17,619 nt of DNA from Candidatus Eiseniibacteriota bacterium. GTDB lineage: Bacteria; Eisenbacteria; RBG-16-71-46. The notes under the pieces are model-generated. The model was not told where the DNA came from. It saw only the letters and a list, made by a program, of their open reading frames with translations, and did not search any database. Positions 1-7,852 of this stretch are shown piece after piece (the first letter of the stretch is position 1; each line of letters opens with the position of its first letter). The stretch spans positions 1-17,619 of the forward strand of contig JBGAOA010000079.1 in the NCBI GenBank assembly GCA_044222065.1. The letters run 5' to 3'. The translations under genes were made by a program, and so were the position numbers.

Positions 1-168
1 GAAGCGGTCCTGAAGAGTGGCGCTCGTCGCCATCGCGTCTTCGAGCGCGCGGCCGTCGAGCCACGCGATCCACACGCGGCTCGGGCCGGCGGGGGCCGCG
101 AGCGCCGCGGCGGCGAAGGCACAGCAGGCGAGCAGGGACGACGCGAACGCTGCGAGGTGGCGGGGCAT
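1..168 (-). CDS. 5' end of a secreted protein, truncated by the window edge
   Basis: ATG at 168 with GGAG about 9 nt upstream. Reads MPRHLAAFASSLLACCAFAAAALAAPAGPSRVWIAWLDGRALEDAMATSATLQDRF..., a Sec-type signal peptide ending A-L-A. Frame is open to position 1. Confidence 0.65.
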   Translation of the reverse strand, partial: MPRHLAAFASSLLACCAFAAAALAAPAGPSRVWIAWLDGRALEDAMATSATLQDRF

Positions 169-455
169 GGCGGGGGGCTCCGGGATGGGCGCTGGGACGA
201 CGTCGCGAGCGAGTGCGCGCCGAGTCTCGCCCGCAGGGCAGGACGGGTCAATCGCGCATCGCGATGCACCTCGAGAATCCGCCGCCGAGTTCGTCGAGCG
301 TGAACGATGCGCCGCACGCTCGAACGCCGCGCGCCGTCGAGCCCGCGCATCGACGTGGCCGCGCGGCCCGTTCGCCTCCGGCGTCCGCGGCGCCGCGAGC
401 GTCACGCGTCCGAACGCCGTGCGACCCGCGCGCCTCGACGTGCGCAGGCCCCCCC

Positions 456-485
456 TTGCGCCGCCACGCCGCGCCCGCGCACTCT
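456..485 (+). promoter_or_regulatory. Possible sigma70-type promoter giving a leaderless rhomboid mRNA
   Basis: TTGCGC (456-461), 18-nt spacer, CACTCT (480-485), then 6 nt to GTG 492, which has no Shine-Dalgarno. Weak match. Confidence 0.3.
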
Positions 486-491
486 GGCCGC

Positions 492-1304
492 GTGACGCTT
501 CCGCCCTTAGACCCTCCGCCCGACGACGCCGACGAACTCGAAGCCCTCGGCTACGTCCCGCCCGACGAGAACGAGCCGCCGCCTGTGGAATTGTGGTCCG
601 CGGTCGGCGACGTCCAGCCGTGGGCGACGCTCGTGCTGCTGCTCTCGTGGGGCGCCGTGTTCCTCGCAATGGCGCTGCGCCGCGAGGTGGGGGACTCGGC
701 GTCGCTCTTCGCGTGGGGCGCGAGCGCGACGGGGCTGCCGTGGCGCGAGACGGCGTGGCGGCTGCTCGCCTCGACGTTCCTCCACTCGGGCGCCGCGCAC
801 GTGTTCTTCAACGCGACGAGCCTCGCGATCCTGGGCCCCGCGGTCGAGCGCTGCCTCACGCGCTCGGGCTACTGGCTCGTCGTGGCGCTCGGCGGCGTCG
901 CGGCCTCGCTCGCGAGCCTGCTCGTGCGCGCGGCGAAGAGCCCCGTGACGAGCTACAGCGTCGGCGGCTCGGGCGTCGTGTTCGCGCTCGGCGGCGCGCT
1001 GCTCGTCGTGGCGTTCCGACTGCGCCATCGTCTCGCCCCGAGCCGCGCACGCGCGCTCGCGGCGGCGCTGCTCTACCTGCTCGTGCCGGCGTTCGTCGCC
1101 GGCCTCGAGCGCGTCGGCACGGACAACGTCGCGCACGCGGGCGGCCTCGCGGCCGGCGTCGCGCTCGGCGCGGTGCTGCCGCTCAGCGAACGGCTCGGGG
1201 GACCGCGCGGCGGAGTCGTGACGCGCGCGCTCGGCGCGCTCGCGGCACTCGCGCTCGCGGCGGCACTCCTGCTCGCCGTGCGCGGCGGACTCGCACTCGT
1301 CTGA
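492..1304 (+). CDS. Rhomboid-family intramembrane serine protease
   Basis: WRLLASTFLHSGAAHVFFN (HxxxN), catalytic GGSG (GxSG) and DNVAHAGG (catalytic His), plus several TM helices. Start is uncertain: GTG 492 is preferred, while ATG 264 would add an unlikely low-complexity Arg/Pro N-terminus. Confidence 0.9.
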   Translation: MTLPPLDPPPDDADELEALGYVPPDENEPPPVELWSAVGDVQPWATLVLLLSWGAVFLAMALRREVGDSASLFAWGASATGLPWRETAWRLLASTFLHSGAAHVFFNATSLAILGPAVERCLTRSGYWLVVALGGVAASLASLLVRAAKSPVTSYSVGGSGVVFALGGALLVVAFRLRHRLAPSRARALAAALLYLLVPAFVAGLERVGTDNVAHAGGLAAGVALGAVLPLSERLGGPRGGVVTRALGALAALALAAALLLAVRGGLALV

Positions 1305-1328
1305 GTCCGCCGGCGCACGCGGAAGGCT

Positions 1329-1688
1329 TCAGGCGGCCTTCTTCTCCTGGCAGGTCTGGAGCGCCTTGATCACTTCGTTCGACGCGTGGAAGTACGCGCC
1401 CGTCGGCGAGAGGAGCCGTTGCGCCTCGTCCTTCTTGCCGGCGTCCGCGAGCTTCACGATCTCCGCGGCCTGACGGTGAAACTCCGCGTGCGCGGTGAGG
1501 AGCTTGAGGAAGTTCGCGTTCCCCGCCATCTGCCCGCGCATGGACTGGATCCACTTCCCGAGTTCGCACTGGTCGTCGCGACCGACGGTGAGGGCATCGA
1601 GCTTCTCCTTCGAAGTCCCGCCCACGTAGTCACTCAGACGAATGCGCCAGTCGCGGTGCGCCTGGGTCCACTTGTTGAAGTCGGCCAT
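1329..1688 (-). CDS. Stand-alone CZB (chemoreceptor zinc-binding) domain protein, copy 1, 119 aa
   Basis: HRDW, CELGKW and HAEFH give the H/C/H/H Zn ligands (H11, C41, H67, H71) typical of CZB. ATG 1688 has a GGGAGA RBS. Confidence 0.9.
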   Translation of the reverse strand: MADFNKWTQAHRDWRIRLSDYVGGTSKEKLDALTVGRDDQCELGKWIQSMRGQMAGNANFLKLLTAHAEFHRQAAEIVKLADAGKKDEAQRLLSPTGAYFHASNEVIKALQTCQEKKAA

Positions 1689-1784
1689 GACGTGGTTCTC
1701 CCGTAGAAACGAACGGCCTCCCTGGCTCGGTGCATTCGCGTAGGAAGGCCTGTGAAAAGGTCGCGGAGCGAGTCGCGCCGGGGT

Positions 1785-1814
1785 CGAGTATCGGCAGCCC
1801 AAGCCCGACTTGAG
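1785..1814 (-). promoter_or_regulatory. sigma28 (FliA/SigD)-type promoter of CZB copy 1
   Basis: Minus strand reads CTCAAGT-CGGGCTTGGGCT-GCCGATACTCG, i.e. TCAAG-T-N12-GCCGATA, about 100 nt upstream of the ATG. The same motif recurs before CZB copy 2. Confidence 0.8.
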
Positions 1815-1949
1815 CGCGACGCACCGCGCGCGCACCACGATTCGGATCGGCCGGCCTTCGTTCGCGACACCTCGATCGGGCGTTGCGCACGGTCGGTCCG
1901 CTCGCGCGCTCGAAGCGGAAGACTCGGCTCCTCGAATCGTCCGCTTCTG

Positions 1950-1974
1950 CCTGCCAGCCGGGGGAAGTGGCAGG
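1950..1974. promoter_or_regulatory. Inverted repeat, candidate upstream activator site for a sigma54 enhancer-binding protein
   Basis: CCTGCCA-N11-TGGCAGG with perfect 7-bp arms, about 95-120 bp upstream of the -24 element. Confidence 0.4.
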
Positions 1975-2066
1975 GATTTCCGCCGCGCGCGCGAACATCA
2001 AGCCGGTGTCACGCCGCTAAGCGCTTGCGAATGGCCTTCGTCGTGACGAGGCGTGTGCGCGACGCG

Positions 2067-2082
2067 CGGCACAGGAGTTGCG
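2067..2082 (+). promoter_or_regulatory. sigma54 (RpoN) -24/-12 promoter of the hydrogenase operon
   Basis: CGGCAC-AGGAG-TTGCG matches TGGCAC-N5-TTGC with exact GG-N10-GC spacing, about 100 nt upstream of the hydB start. Confidence 0.65.
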
Positions 2083-2185
2083 GCCACGTCACGCTTCGGC
2101 GCCTCGGGGCACCGTAACGAGGCGAACGAACTCGGTCGCGACGCGGAAGAGACGCGCTTCCGGCGCCCGCGACGGGAGGTGTGTC

Positions 2186-3349
2186 GTGAGCGCGGAACCT
2201 TCGGTTCTCGCGAGTCCGACCGTAGCGCTCGAGCGCGCGGATCTCGATCGCCTGATCGATTCGCTCGCCGGACAGGGATACGAAGTCCTCGGACCGATCG
2301 TCAGGGACGGCGCGGCCGTGATCGCTCCGATCCGCGGCACCTCCGATCTTCCGGTCGGCTGGCGCGACGAACAATCCCCCGGCACTTACCGGCTCACGCG
2401 CACGAACTCGGCTCTGCTGTTCGACGTGCTGCTCGGCCCCGACGTCTGGAAGCGCGCGCTCCATCCGCCGCGCGTGCGGCTGTGGCGGGCCGCGAAAACG
2501 GGGCGTGATTTCGAACTCGTGGATGGGCCCGAACCGGCGCGCGCGCGCGCGTTCTTCGGCGTCCGGCCGTGCGACCTCGCGGCGATCGCGATCCAGGATC
2601 GCGTCTTCCTCGGGGGCGGCGTGACGGACCCGGTCTACGGCGCGCGCCGCGACGGGACGTTCCTCGTCGTGGCGCAGTGCGTGCGCGCGGGTGCGACGTG
2701 CTTCTGCGCCTCGATGGGCGCGGGCCCGGCGGCGACCGCGGGCTTCGACCTCGCGCTCACCGAACTCGACGGCGAAGGCGGCCCGGCGTACGCCGCGGTC
2801 GCGGGCTCCGAGCGCGGGCAGGCGCTGCTCGATTCGCTCGGAGCGCGCGGCGCGCCCGAAGCGCTCGCGCAGGCGGCCGAAGAGGCGCACGCGCGCGCGG
2901 CGGCGACGATGGGGCGCACGCTCGACACGCACGGGCTCGCGGAGCAGCTCGCGCGCTCGCGCGATCACGCGCACTGGAACGAGGTCGCCTCGCGCTGCCT
3001 CGCGTGCGGCAACTGCACGCAGGTCTGCCCGACCTGCTTCTGCACGAGCGTCGAGGACCGCCTCGACCTGGGAGGCGCCGGCGCCGAACGCGTGCGGCGC
3101 TGGGACTCGTGCTTCTCGCTCGACTACTCGTACATCCACGGCGGCAGCGTGCGGCCCTCGATCCGCGCGCGCTACCGCCAGTGGCTCACCCACAAGCTCG
3201 GGAGCTGGCACGACCAGTTCGGCACTCCGGGCTGCGTCGGCTGCGGGCGCTGCATCACGTGGTGCCCGGCCGGCATCGACTTCACCGCGGAAGCGGCCGC
3301 GTTCAAGCGCAGCGCGGTCAAGAAGGAGCGTCAGGGTGGAAACGCTTGA
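2186..3349 (+). CDS. hydB: Group 3b [NiFe]-hydrogenase (sulfhydrogenase) beta subunit, AsrA-like 4Fe-4S protein
   Basis: GTG 2186 after GGGAGG. Motifs [43 protein letters not shown] and [16 protein letters not shown]. First gene of the operon. Confidence 0.9.
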   Translation: MSAEPSVLASPTVALERADLDRLIDSLAGQGYEVLGPIVRDGAAVIAPIRGTSDLPVGWRDEQSPGTYRLTRTNSALLFDVLLGPDVWKRALHPPRVRLWRAAKTGRDFELVDGPEPARARAFFGVRPCDLAAIAIQDRVFLGGGVTDPVYGARRDGTFLVVAQCVRAGATCFCASMGAGPAATAGFDLALTELDGEGGPAYAAVAGSERGQALLDSLGARGAPEALAQAAEEAHARAAATMGRTLDTHGLAEQLARSRDHAHWNEVASRCLACGNCTQVCPTCFCTSVEDRLDLGGAGAERVRRWDSCFSLDYSYIHGGSVRPSIRARYRQWLTHKLGSWHDQFGTPGCVGCGRCITWCPAGIDFTAEAAAFKRSAVKKERQGGNA

Positions 3350-3794
3350 TCGGACTCTCGTGGACCTCCCGCTCTTTCGCGGGATGAAGCCGGAGCACCT
3401 CGCGGAGATCGCGGGATGCGCGTCGAACGTTCGCATCGGACCGGGTGAGTTCGCGGCGCACCGCGGGCATCCGGCGGACCGTTTCTGGATCGTCCGCCAG
3501 GGGCAGCTCGCGGTCGAGATCCACGCGCCCGCGCGCGGCGTGCTCACCGTGCAGACGATCGGCGAGAACGAAGTGCTCGGCTGGTCGTGGCTCGTGCCGC
3601 CGCACCACTGGCACTTCGACGTGCGCGCGCTCACGCTCACGCGCGCGCTCATGTTCGACGGCCGCTGCCTGCGCGCGAAGATCGAGCACGACCACGAGCT
3701 GGGCTACGAACTGCTCAAGCGTTTCGCCCAGCTCATCGTCCAGCGGCTCGAGGCCACGAGCCTGCAGCTCGTGGACGTCTATGGCGACCATTGA
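3336..3794 (+). CDS. Cyclic-nucleotide-binding (Crp-like) domain protein lacking an HTH, 152 aa
   Basis: GTG 3336 after AAGGAG. LPLFRGM...GHPADRFWIVRQG...TIGENEVLGWSWL...VRALT fits the cNMP-binding fold. Overlaps each neighbour by 14 nt. Confidence 0.88.
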   Translation: METLDRTLVDLPLFRGMKPEHLAEIAGCASNVRIGPGEFAAHRGHPADRFWIVRQGQLAVEIHAPARGVLTVQTIGENEVLGWSWLVPPHHWHFDVRALTLTRALMFDGRCLRAKIEHDHELGYELLKRFAQLIVQRLEATSLQLVDVYGDH

Positions 3795-4647
3795 CGCCGC
3801 CCCGGGGGCCGCGCGCGCCACGTCCGACCCGATGCGGCCGTCGCTGTGCCGGATCCTGAAGCGCAAGCCCGAGACGCACGACACGTTCACGATCACGCTC
3901 GCGGCGCCGAAGGGCGACCGCCCGTTCGCCGCGTCGCCGGGCCAGTTCAACATGCTCTACACGTACGGCGCGGGGGAGGTGCCGATCTCGATGAGCGGCC
4001 CGGTCTCCGACGCGAAGCACGTCGTGCACACGATCCGCTCGGTCGGCCCCGTGACGCAGACGCTCTCGCGCCTCAAGGCCGGCGACGTCGTCGGCGTGCG
4101 CGGACCGTTCGGCACCGCGTGGCCCGTGGACGAAGTCGAGGGCCGCGACGTCGTGCTGATCGCGGGCGGCATCGGGCTCGCGCCCATCCGGCCGGCGATC
4201 TACCACCTGCTCGAGCACCGCGAGCGCTACGGGCGCGTCGTCATCCTGATCGGCGCCCGCACGCCCGACGATCTCCTGTACCCGAAGGAGATCGAGGCGT
4301 GGCGCGGCCGCTTCGACGTCGAGCTGCTCGTCACGGTGGACCGCGCGTCTCAGCCGTGGCGCGGCACGGTCGGCGTCGTGACGCAGCTCGTCGGCCGCGC
4401 GCGGCTCGATCCGCACACGACGACGGCGTTCCTGTGCGGGCCCGAGATCATGATCACGTTCTCGGCCATCGAACTCGCGCAGCACGGCATTCCGCCGCAG
4501 CGCATCTGGGTCTCGCTCGAGCGCAACATGAAGTGCGCGATCGGGCTGTGCGGCCACTGTCAGATGGGTCCGCTGTTCATCTGCAAGGACGGCCCGGTGT
4601 TCCGCTACGACCGCGTGGCGGGACTGCTCGGCGTCCGGGAGGTGTGA
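3781..4647 (+). CDS. hydG: Group 3b hydrogenase gamma subunit (FAD/NAD(P)-binding, 2Fe-2S)
   Basis: [38 protein letters not shown] and [17 protein letters not shown]...CKDGPVF. ATG 3781, with an alternative ATG at 3832. Confidence 0.92.
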   Translation: MATIDAAPGAARATSDPMRPSLCRILKRKPETHDTFTITLAAPKGDRPFAASPGQFNMLYTYGAGEVPISMSGPVSDAKHVVHTIRSVGPVTQTLSRLKAGDVVGVRGPFGTAWPVDEVEGRDVVLIAGGIGLAPIRPAIYHLLEHRERYGRVVILIGARTPDDLLYPKEIEAWRGRFDVELLVTVDRASQPWRGTVGVVTQLVGRARLDPHTTTAFLCGPEIMITFSAIELAQHGIPPQRIWVSLERNMKCAIGLCGHCQMGPLFICKDGPVFRYDRVAGLLGVREV

Positions 4648-4648
4648 C

Positions 4649-5449
4649 GTGGCGACCGCCCGCAAGAAGCCGGCGCGCCCGAAGCTCGCGGTGTGGAAGT
4701 TCGCCTCGTGCGACGGCTGCCAGCTGAGCCTGCTCGACTGCGAGGACGAACTGCTCACCGTGGCGTCAGCCGTGCACGTCGCGAACTTCATCGAGGCCTC
4801 GCGCGAAGTCGTGCGCGGCCCCTACGACCTGTCGCTCGTCGAGGGCTCCATCACGACGCCGCACGACGCCGAGCGCATCCACGCGATCCGCCGCGCCTCG
4901 AAGGTGCTCGTGACGATCGGCGCCTGCGCCACGGGCGGCGGCCTGCAGGCGCTGCGCAACTACGCGTCGGTGCCCGAGTGGACGTCGCTCGTGTACGCGA
5001 ACCCGGGCGTGATCGACACGCTCAAGACGTCCACGCCGATCTCGAACCACGTGCGCGTGGACTACGAGCTGTACGGCTGCCCGGTGGACAAGCACCAGCT
5101 GCTCGAAGTCGTGAACGCGTTCGTGCACGGCCGCAAGCCGTCGCTGCCGTCGCACTCGGTCTGCCTCGACTGCAAGGCGAGCGGCGCCGTGTGCGTCACC
5201 GTCGCGCGCGGCGTGCCGTGCCTCGGTCCCGTGACGCACACGGGCTGTGGCGCGCTCTGTCCGCGCTACGCCCGCGGCTGCTTCGGCTGCTTCGGGCCGG
5301 CGCGCGGCATCAACACCGATTCGCTGGGCGAGGTCTTCCGCCGTCACGGCGCGACCGACGCGCAGCTCGTTCACGTGTTCCGGAGCTTCCATGCCGCGGC
5401 GGAGCCCTTCCGCCGGGCGAGCGAGAGCCATGAAGTCCCCAAGAACTAG
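4649..5449 (+). CDS. hydD: Group 3b hydrogenase small (delta) subunit
   Basis: [27 protein letters not shown] and distal Cys clusters SVCLDC...[14 protein letters not shown]...GCFGCFGP. No Tat signal, so cytoplasmic. Confidence 0.93.
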   Translation: MATARKKPARPKLAVWKFASCDGCQLSLLDCEDELLTVASAVHVANFIEASREVVRGPYDLSLVEGSITTPHDAERIHAIRRASKVLVTIGACATGGGLQALRNYASVPEWTSLVYANPGVIDTLKTSTPISNHVRVDYELYGCPVDKHQLLEVVNAFVHGRKPSLPSHSVCLDCKASGAVCVTVARGVPCLGPVTHTGCGALCPRYARGCFGCFGPARGINTDSLGEVFRRHGATDAQLVHVFRSFHAAAEPFRRASESHEVPKN

Positions 5450-6728
5450 GACGATCGAGGTCGAGGCGCTCGCCCGCGTCGAGGGCGAGGGCGGCCTCAC
5501 CGTGAAGGTGAAGGACGGCGTCGTCACGGAAGCGTCGCTGCGCATCTACGAGCCGCCGCGCTTCTTCGAACCCCTGCTGCGCGGGCGCCGCTATGCCGAG
5601 GCGCCCGACTTCACCGCGCGCATCTGCGGCATCTGTCCCGTGGCCTACCAGATGAGCGCGACGCACGCGATCGAGCGCGCGTTCGACACCGTGATCTCAC
5701 CCGAGGTGCGGGCGCTGCGCCGCCTGCTCTACTGCGGCGAGTGGATCGAGAGCCACGTGCTGCACGTCGCGATGCTGCACGCGCCGGACTTCCTCGGCTA
5801 CGAGAGCGGGCTGCACATGGCCCAGGACCATCCCGACGTCGTGAACCTCGCGCTCGGTCTGAAGAAGGCCGGCAACGACATCGTGCGCCTCGTCGGCGGC
5901 CGCGAAATCCACCCGGTGAACGTGTGCGTCGGCGGCTTCTACCGCGCGCCCCGCCCCGGCGAGTTCGAAGCGATCATCGAACGTCTGAAGCGCGCGCGCG
6001 ACGAAGCGGCCGCGCTCGTGCGCTGGGTCGCGGCGTTCGACTTCCCGGACGTCGAGCGCGACTACCACTTCGTCGCGTTGCGGCACCCGGACGAGTACCC
6101 GCTCAACGAGGGCCGGCTCGTGTCGTCGCACGGGCTCGACCTCGACGCGATGGAGTACGAGACGCGCTTCGTCGAGGAGCACGTGCCGCGCTCGAACGCG
6201 CTGCACTCGCGCATCGTCGGCGACGACGACTACCACGTCGGTCCGCTCGCGCGGTACGCGCTCAATTTCGACCGGCTCGGCGCGTTCGCGCAGTCGCTCG
6301 CGCGCGAGGCGGGGCTCGGCGAGGTGTGCCGGAATCCGTTCCGCAGCATCGTCGTGCGCGCCGTCGAGACGGCGTTCGCCGTGGACGAGGCGCTGCGCGT
6401 GCTCGCCTCCTACGTGCCGCCGGACCCGCCGGCCGCGGCGGTCGAGCCGCGCGCGGGCGTCGGCTGCGCGATCACCGAGGCGCCGCGCGGAATCCTCTAC
6501 CACCGCTACCGGATCGCGCCCGACGGCCGCATCCTCGATGCGAAGATCGTCCCGCCGACCGCCCAGAACCAGCGCGTGATCGAGGACGACCTCAAGTCCG
6601 TGGTCGAGCGGCATCTCGACCTGGAGACGCCGGCGCTCACGTGGAGGTGCGAGCAGGCGATCCGGAACTACGACCCGTGCATCTCGTGCGCGACGCACTT
6701 CCTGAAGCTCCAGATCGAGAGGACGTGA
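5430..6728 (+). CDS. hydA: Group 3b [NiFe]-hydrogenase large (alpha) subunit
   Basis: LARVEGEG, L1 motif RICGICP, EAPRG.L.H and L2 motif DPCISCATH followed by a cleavable 9-aa tail (FLKLQIERT). ATG 5430. Confidence 0.95.
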   Translation: MKSPRTRTIEVEALARVEGEGGLTVKVKDGVVTEASLRIYEPPRFFEPLLRGRRYAEAPDFTARICGICPVAYQMSATHAIERAFDTVISPEVRALRRLLYCGEWIESHVLHVAMLHAPDFLGYESGLHMAQDHPDVVNLALGLKKAGNDIVRLVGGREIHPVNVCVGGFYRAPRPGEFEAIIERLKRARDEAAALVRWVAAFDFPDVERDYHFVALRHPDEYPLNEGRLVSSHGLDLDAMEYETRFVEEHVPRSNALHSRIVGDDDYHVGPLARYALNFDRLGAFAQSLAREAGLGEVCRNPFRSIVVRAVETAFAVDEALRVLASYVPPDPPAAAVEPRAGVGCAITEAPRGILYHRYRIAPDGRILDAKIVPPTAQNQRVIEDDLKSVVERHLDLETPALTWRCEQAIRNYDPCISCATHFLKLQIERT

Positions 6729-7201
6729 CGGCCGGCGTGCTCGTGATCGGCATCGGCCACCCGGACCGCGGCGACGACGCCGCGGGCCGGCTCGTCGCGC
6801 GCCGGCTCGCGGGCGCGCTCGAGCCCGCAGCGTCGCTCGTCGAACTCGACGGCGGCATGGTCGAGCTGATGGACGCCTGGAGCGGTCACGCGAACGTGGT
6901 CGTCGCGGACGCGGTCCGATCGGGCGCCCCGCCCGGCACGCTCGTCCGTCACGAGGTCGGGCGCACGCGCCTGCCGCTCGCGTCGGACCCCTCGACGCAC
7001 GGCCTCGGACTCGCCGAGGCGATCGAACTCGCGCGCGCGCTCGGCCGGCTGCCGCGTCGCCTCGTCGTGCACGGCATCGAGGGCGCGCGCTACGACCTCG
7101 GCGCGCCGCTCACGCCCGAAGTGGAAGCGAACCTCGGAGCGCTCGCCGACCGCGTCGCGCTCGAAGTGAGGTCGCTGCTCGCCGAACGCGCGGACGCCTG
7201 A
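6725..7201 (+). CDS. Hydrogenase maturation endopeptidase (HycI/HybD family)
   Basis: GTGA overlap with the hydA stop. Motifs [21 protein letters not shown]...PGT, STHGLGL and LTPEV. Confidence 0.92.
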   Translation: MTAGVLVIGIGHPDRGDDAAGRLVARRLAGALEPAASLVELDGGMVELMDAWSGHANVVVADAVRSGAPPGTLVRHEVGRTRLPLASDPSTHGLGLAEAIELARALGRLPRRLVVHGIEGARYDLGAPLTPEVEANLGALADRVALEVRSLLAERADA

Positions 7202-7229
7202 TCCGGCCGCACGCCCCGGCGCGGGAGCG

Positions 7230-7589
7230 TCAGGCCGCTTCGCGCCGCTCGAACGCCTCGATCGCGGCGATGACGTCGTTCGAGGCGCGGAAGAAGGCCG
7301 ATCCGGGCGCGAGCATGCGCATCGCGTCCTCGCGCCGGCCCGAGTTCTTGGCGTGCACGATCTGCGCGGCGAGCCGGTGGAACTCGGTGTGCTTCGCCAT
7401 CAACGCGGCGAAGGTTCCGCCGCGAGCCTGCGTCGCGCGCTCGGCGAGGATCCACTGGCCGAGTTCGCAGGCGTCGTCGCGGCCGACGGTCGCGGCGTTC
7501 AGGCGTTCCTTCGACTTGCCGTTCACGTAGTCGAGCAGGCGCGCCCGCCATTCGCGGTGGGACCGGACCCAGGGCGATTCGTCGGCCAT
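7230..7589 (-). CDS. Stand-alone CZB domain protein, copy 2, 119 aa
   Basis: HREW, CELGQW and HTEFH motifs; GGAG RBS. Aligns without gaps to copy 1 at about 59/119 identities (hand count). Confidence 0.9.
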   Translation of the reverse strand: MADESPWVRSHREWRARLLDYVNGKSKERLNAATVGRDDACELGQWILAERATQARGGTFAALMAKHTEFHRLAAQIVHAKNSGRREDAMRMLAPGSAFFRASNDVIAAIEAFERREAA

Positions 7590-7677
7590 GAGCGTCTCCG
7601 CGTGAGGGTGGGGGCGCGAGCCGGGCGCGACGTCGTCGCGCGCGGGCGCCGGGTTCGGCGTCCGGACGTAGTGCGTC

Positions 7678-7707
7678 CGAGTATCGGCCGGCCCCCGGGA
7701 ACTTGAG
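7678..7707 (-). promoter_or_regulatory. sigma28 (FliA/SigD)-type promoter of CZB copy 2
   Basis: Minus strand reads CTCAAGT-TCCCGGGGGCCG-GCCGATACTCG. Boxes and 12-nt spacer length are identical to the copy 1 promoter. Confidence 0.8.
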
Positions 7708-7852
7708 ATCGCGGGACGGACCTCGCGCTCGGTTCGAGTGCGAAGCCGCGGACGGACCATGTCCGCCCGGGCGCGCGTTCGACGCCATCGGAGGCGGCGA
7801 GTCCCCTGCGATCCCCCGAACCCCCGCGCTAAGACGCGGGAGCGAGGACCCG

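Noticed and set aside
1751..1766. CRP-type site starting TGTGA
   Set aside because: There is no matching TCACA half-site at 6-nt spacing, and the operon's cNMP protein has no HTH.
2186..4647. Anaerobic sulfite reductase asrAB
   Set aside because: The genes are homologous, but they are followed by NiFe small and large subunits and a maturation protease, with no asrC.
1689..7677. Shared riboswitch in the two CZB leaders
   Set aside because: The leaders share no evident sequence. The conserved block lies further upstream and has promoter-box geometry.
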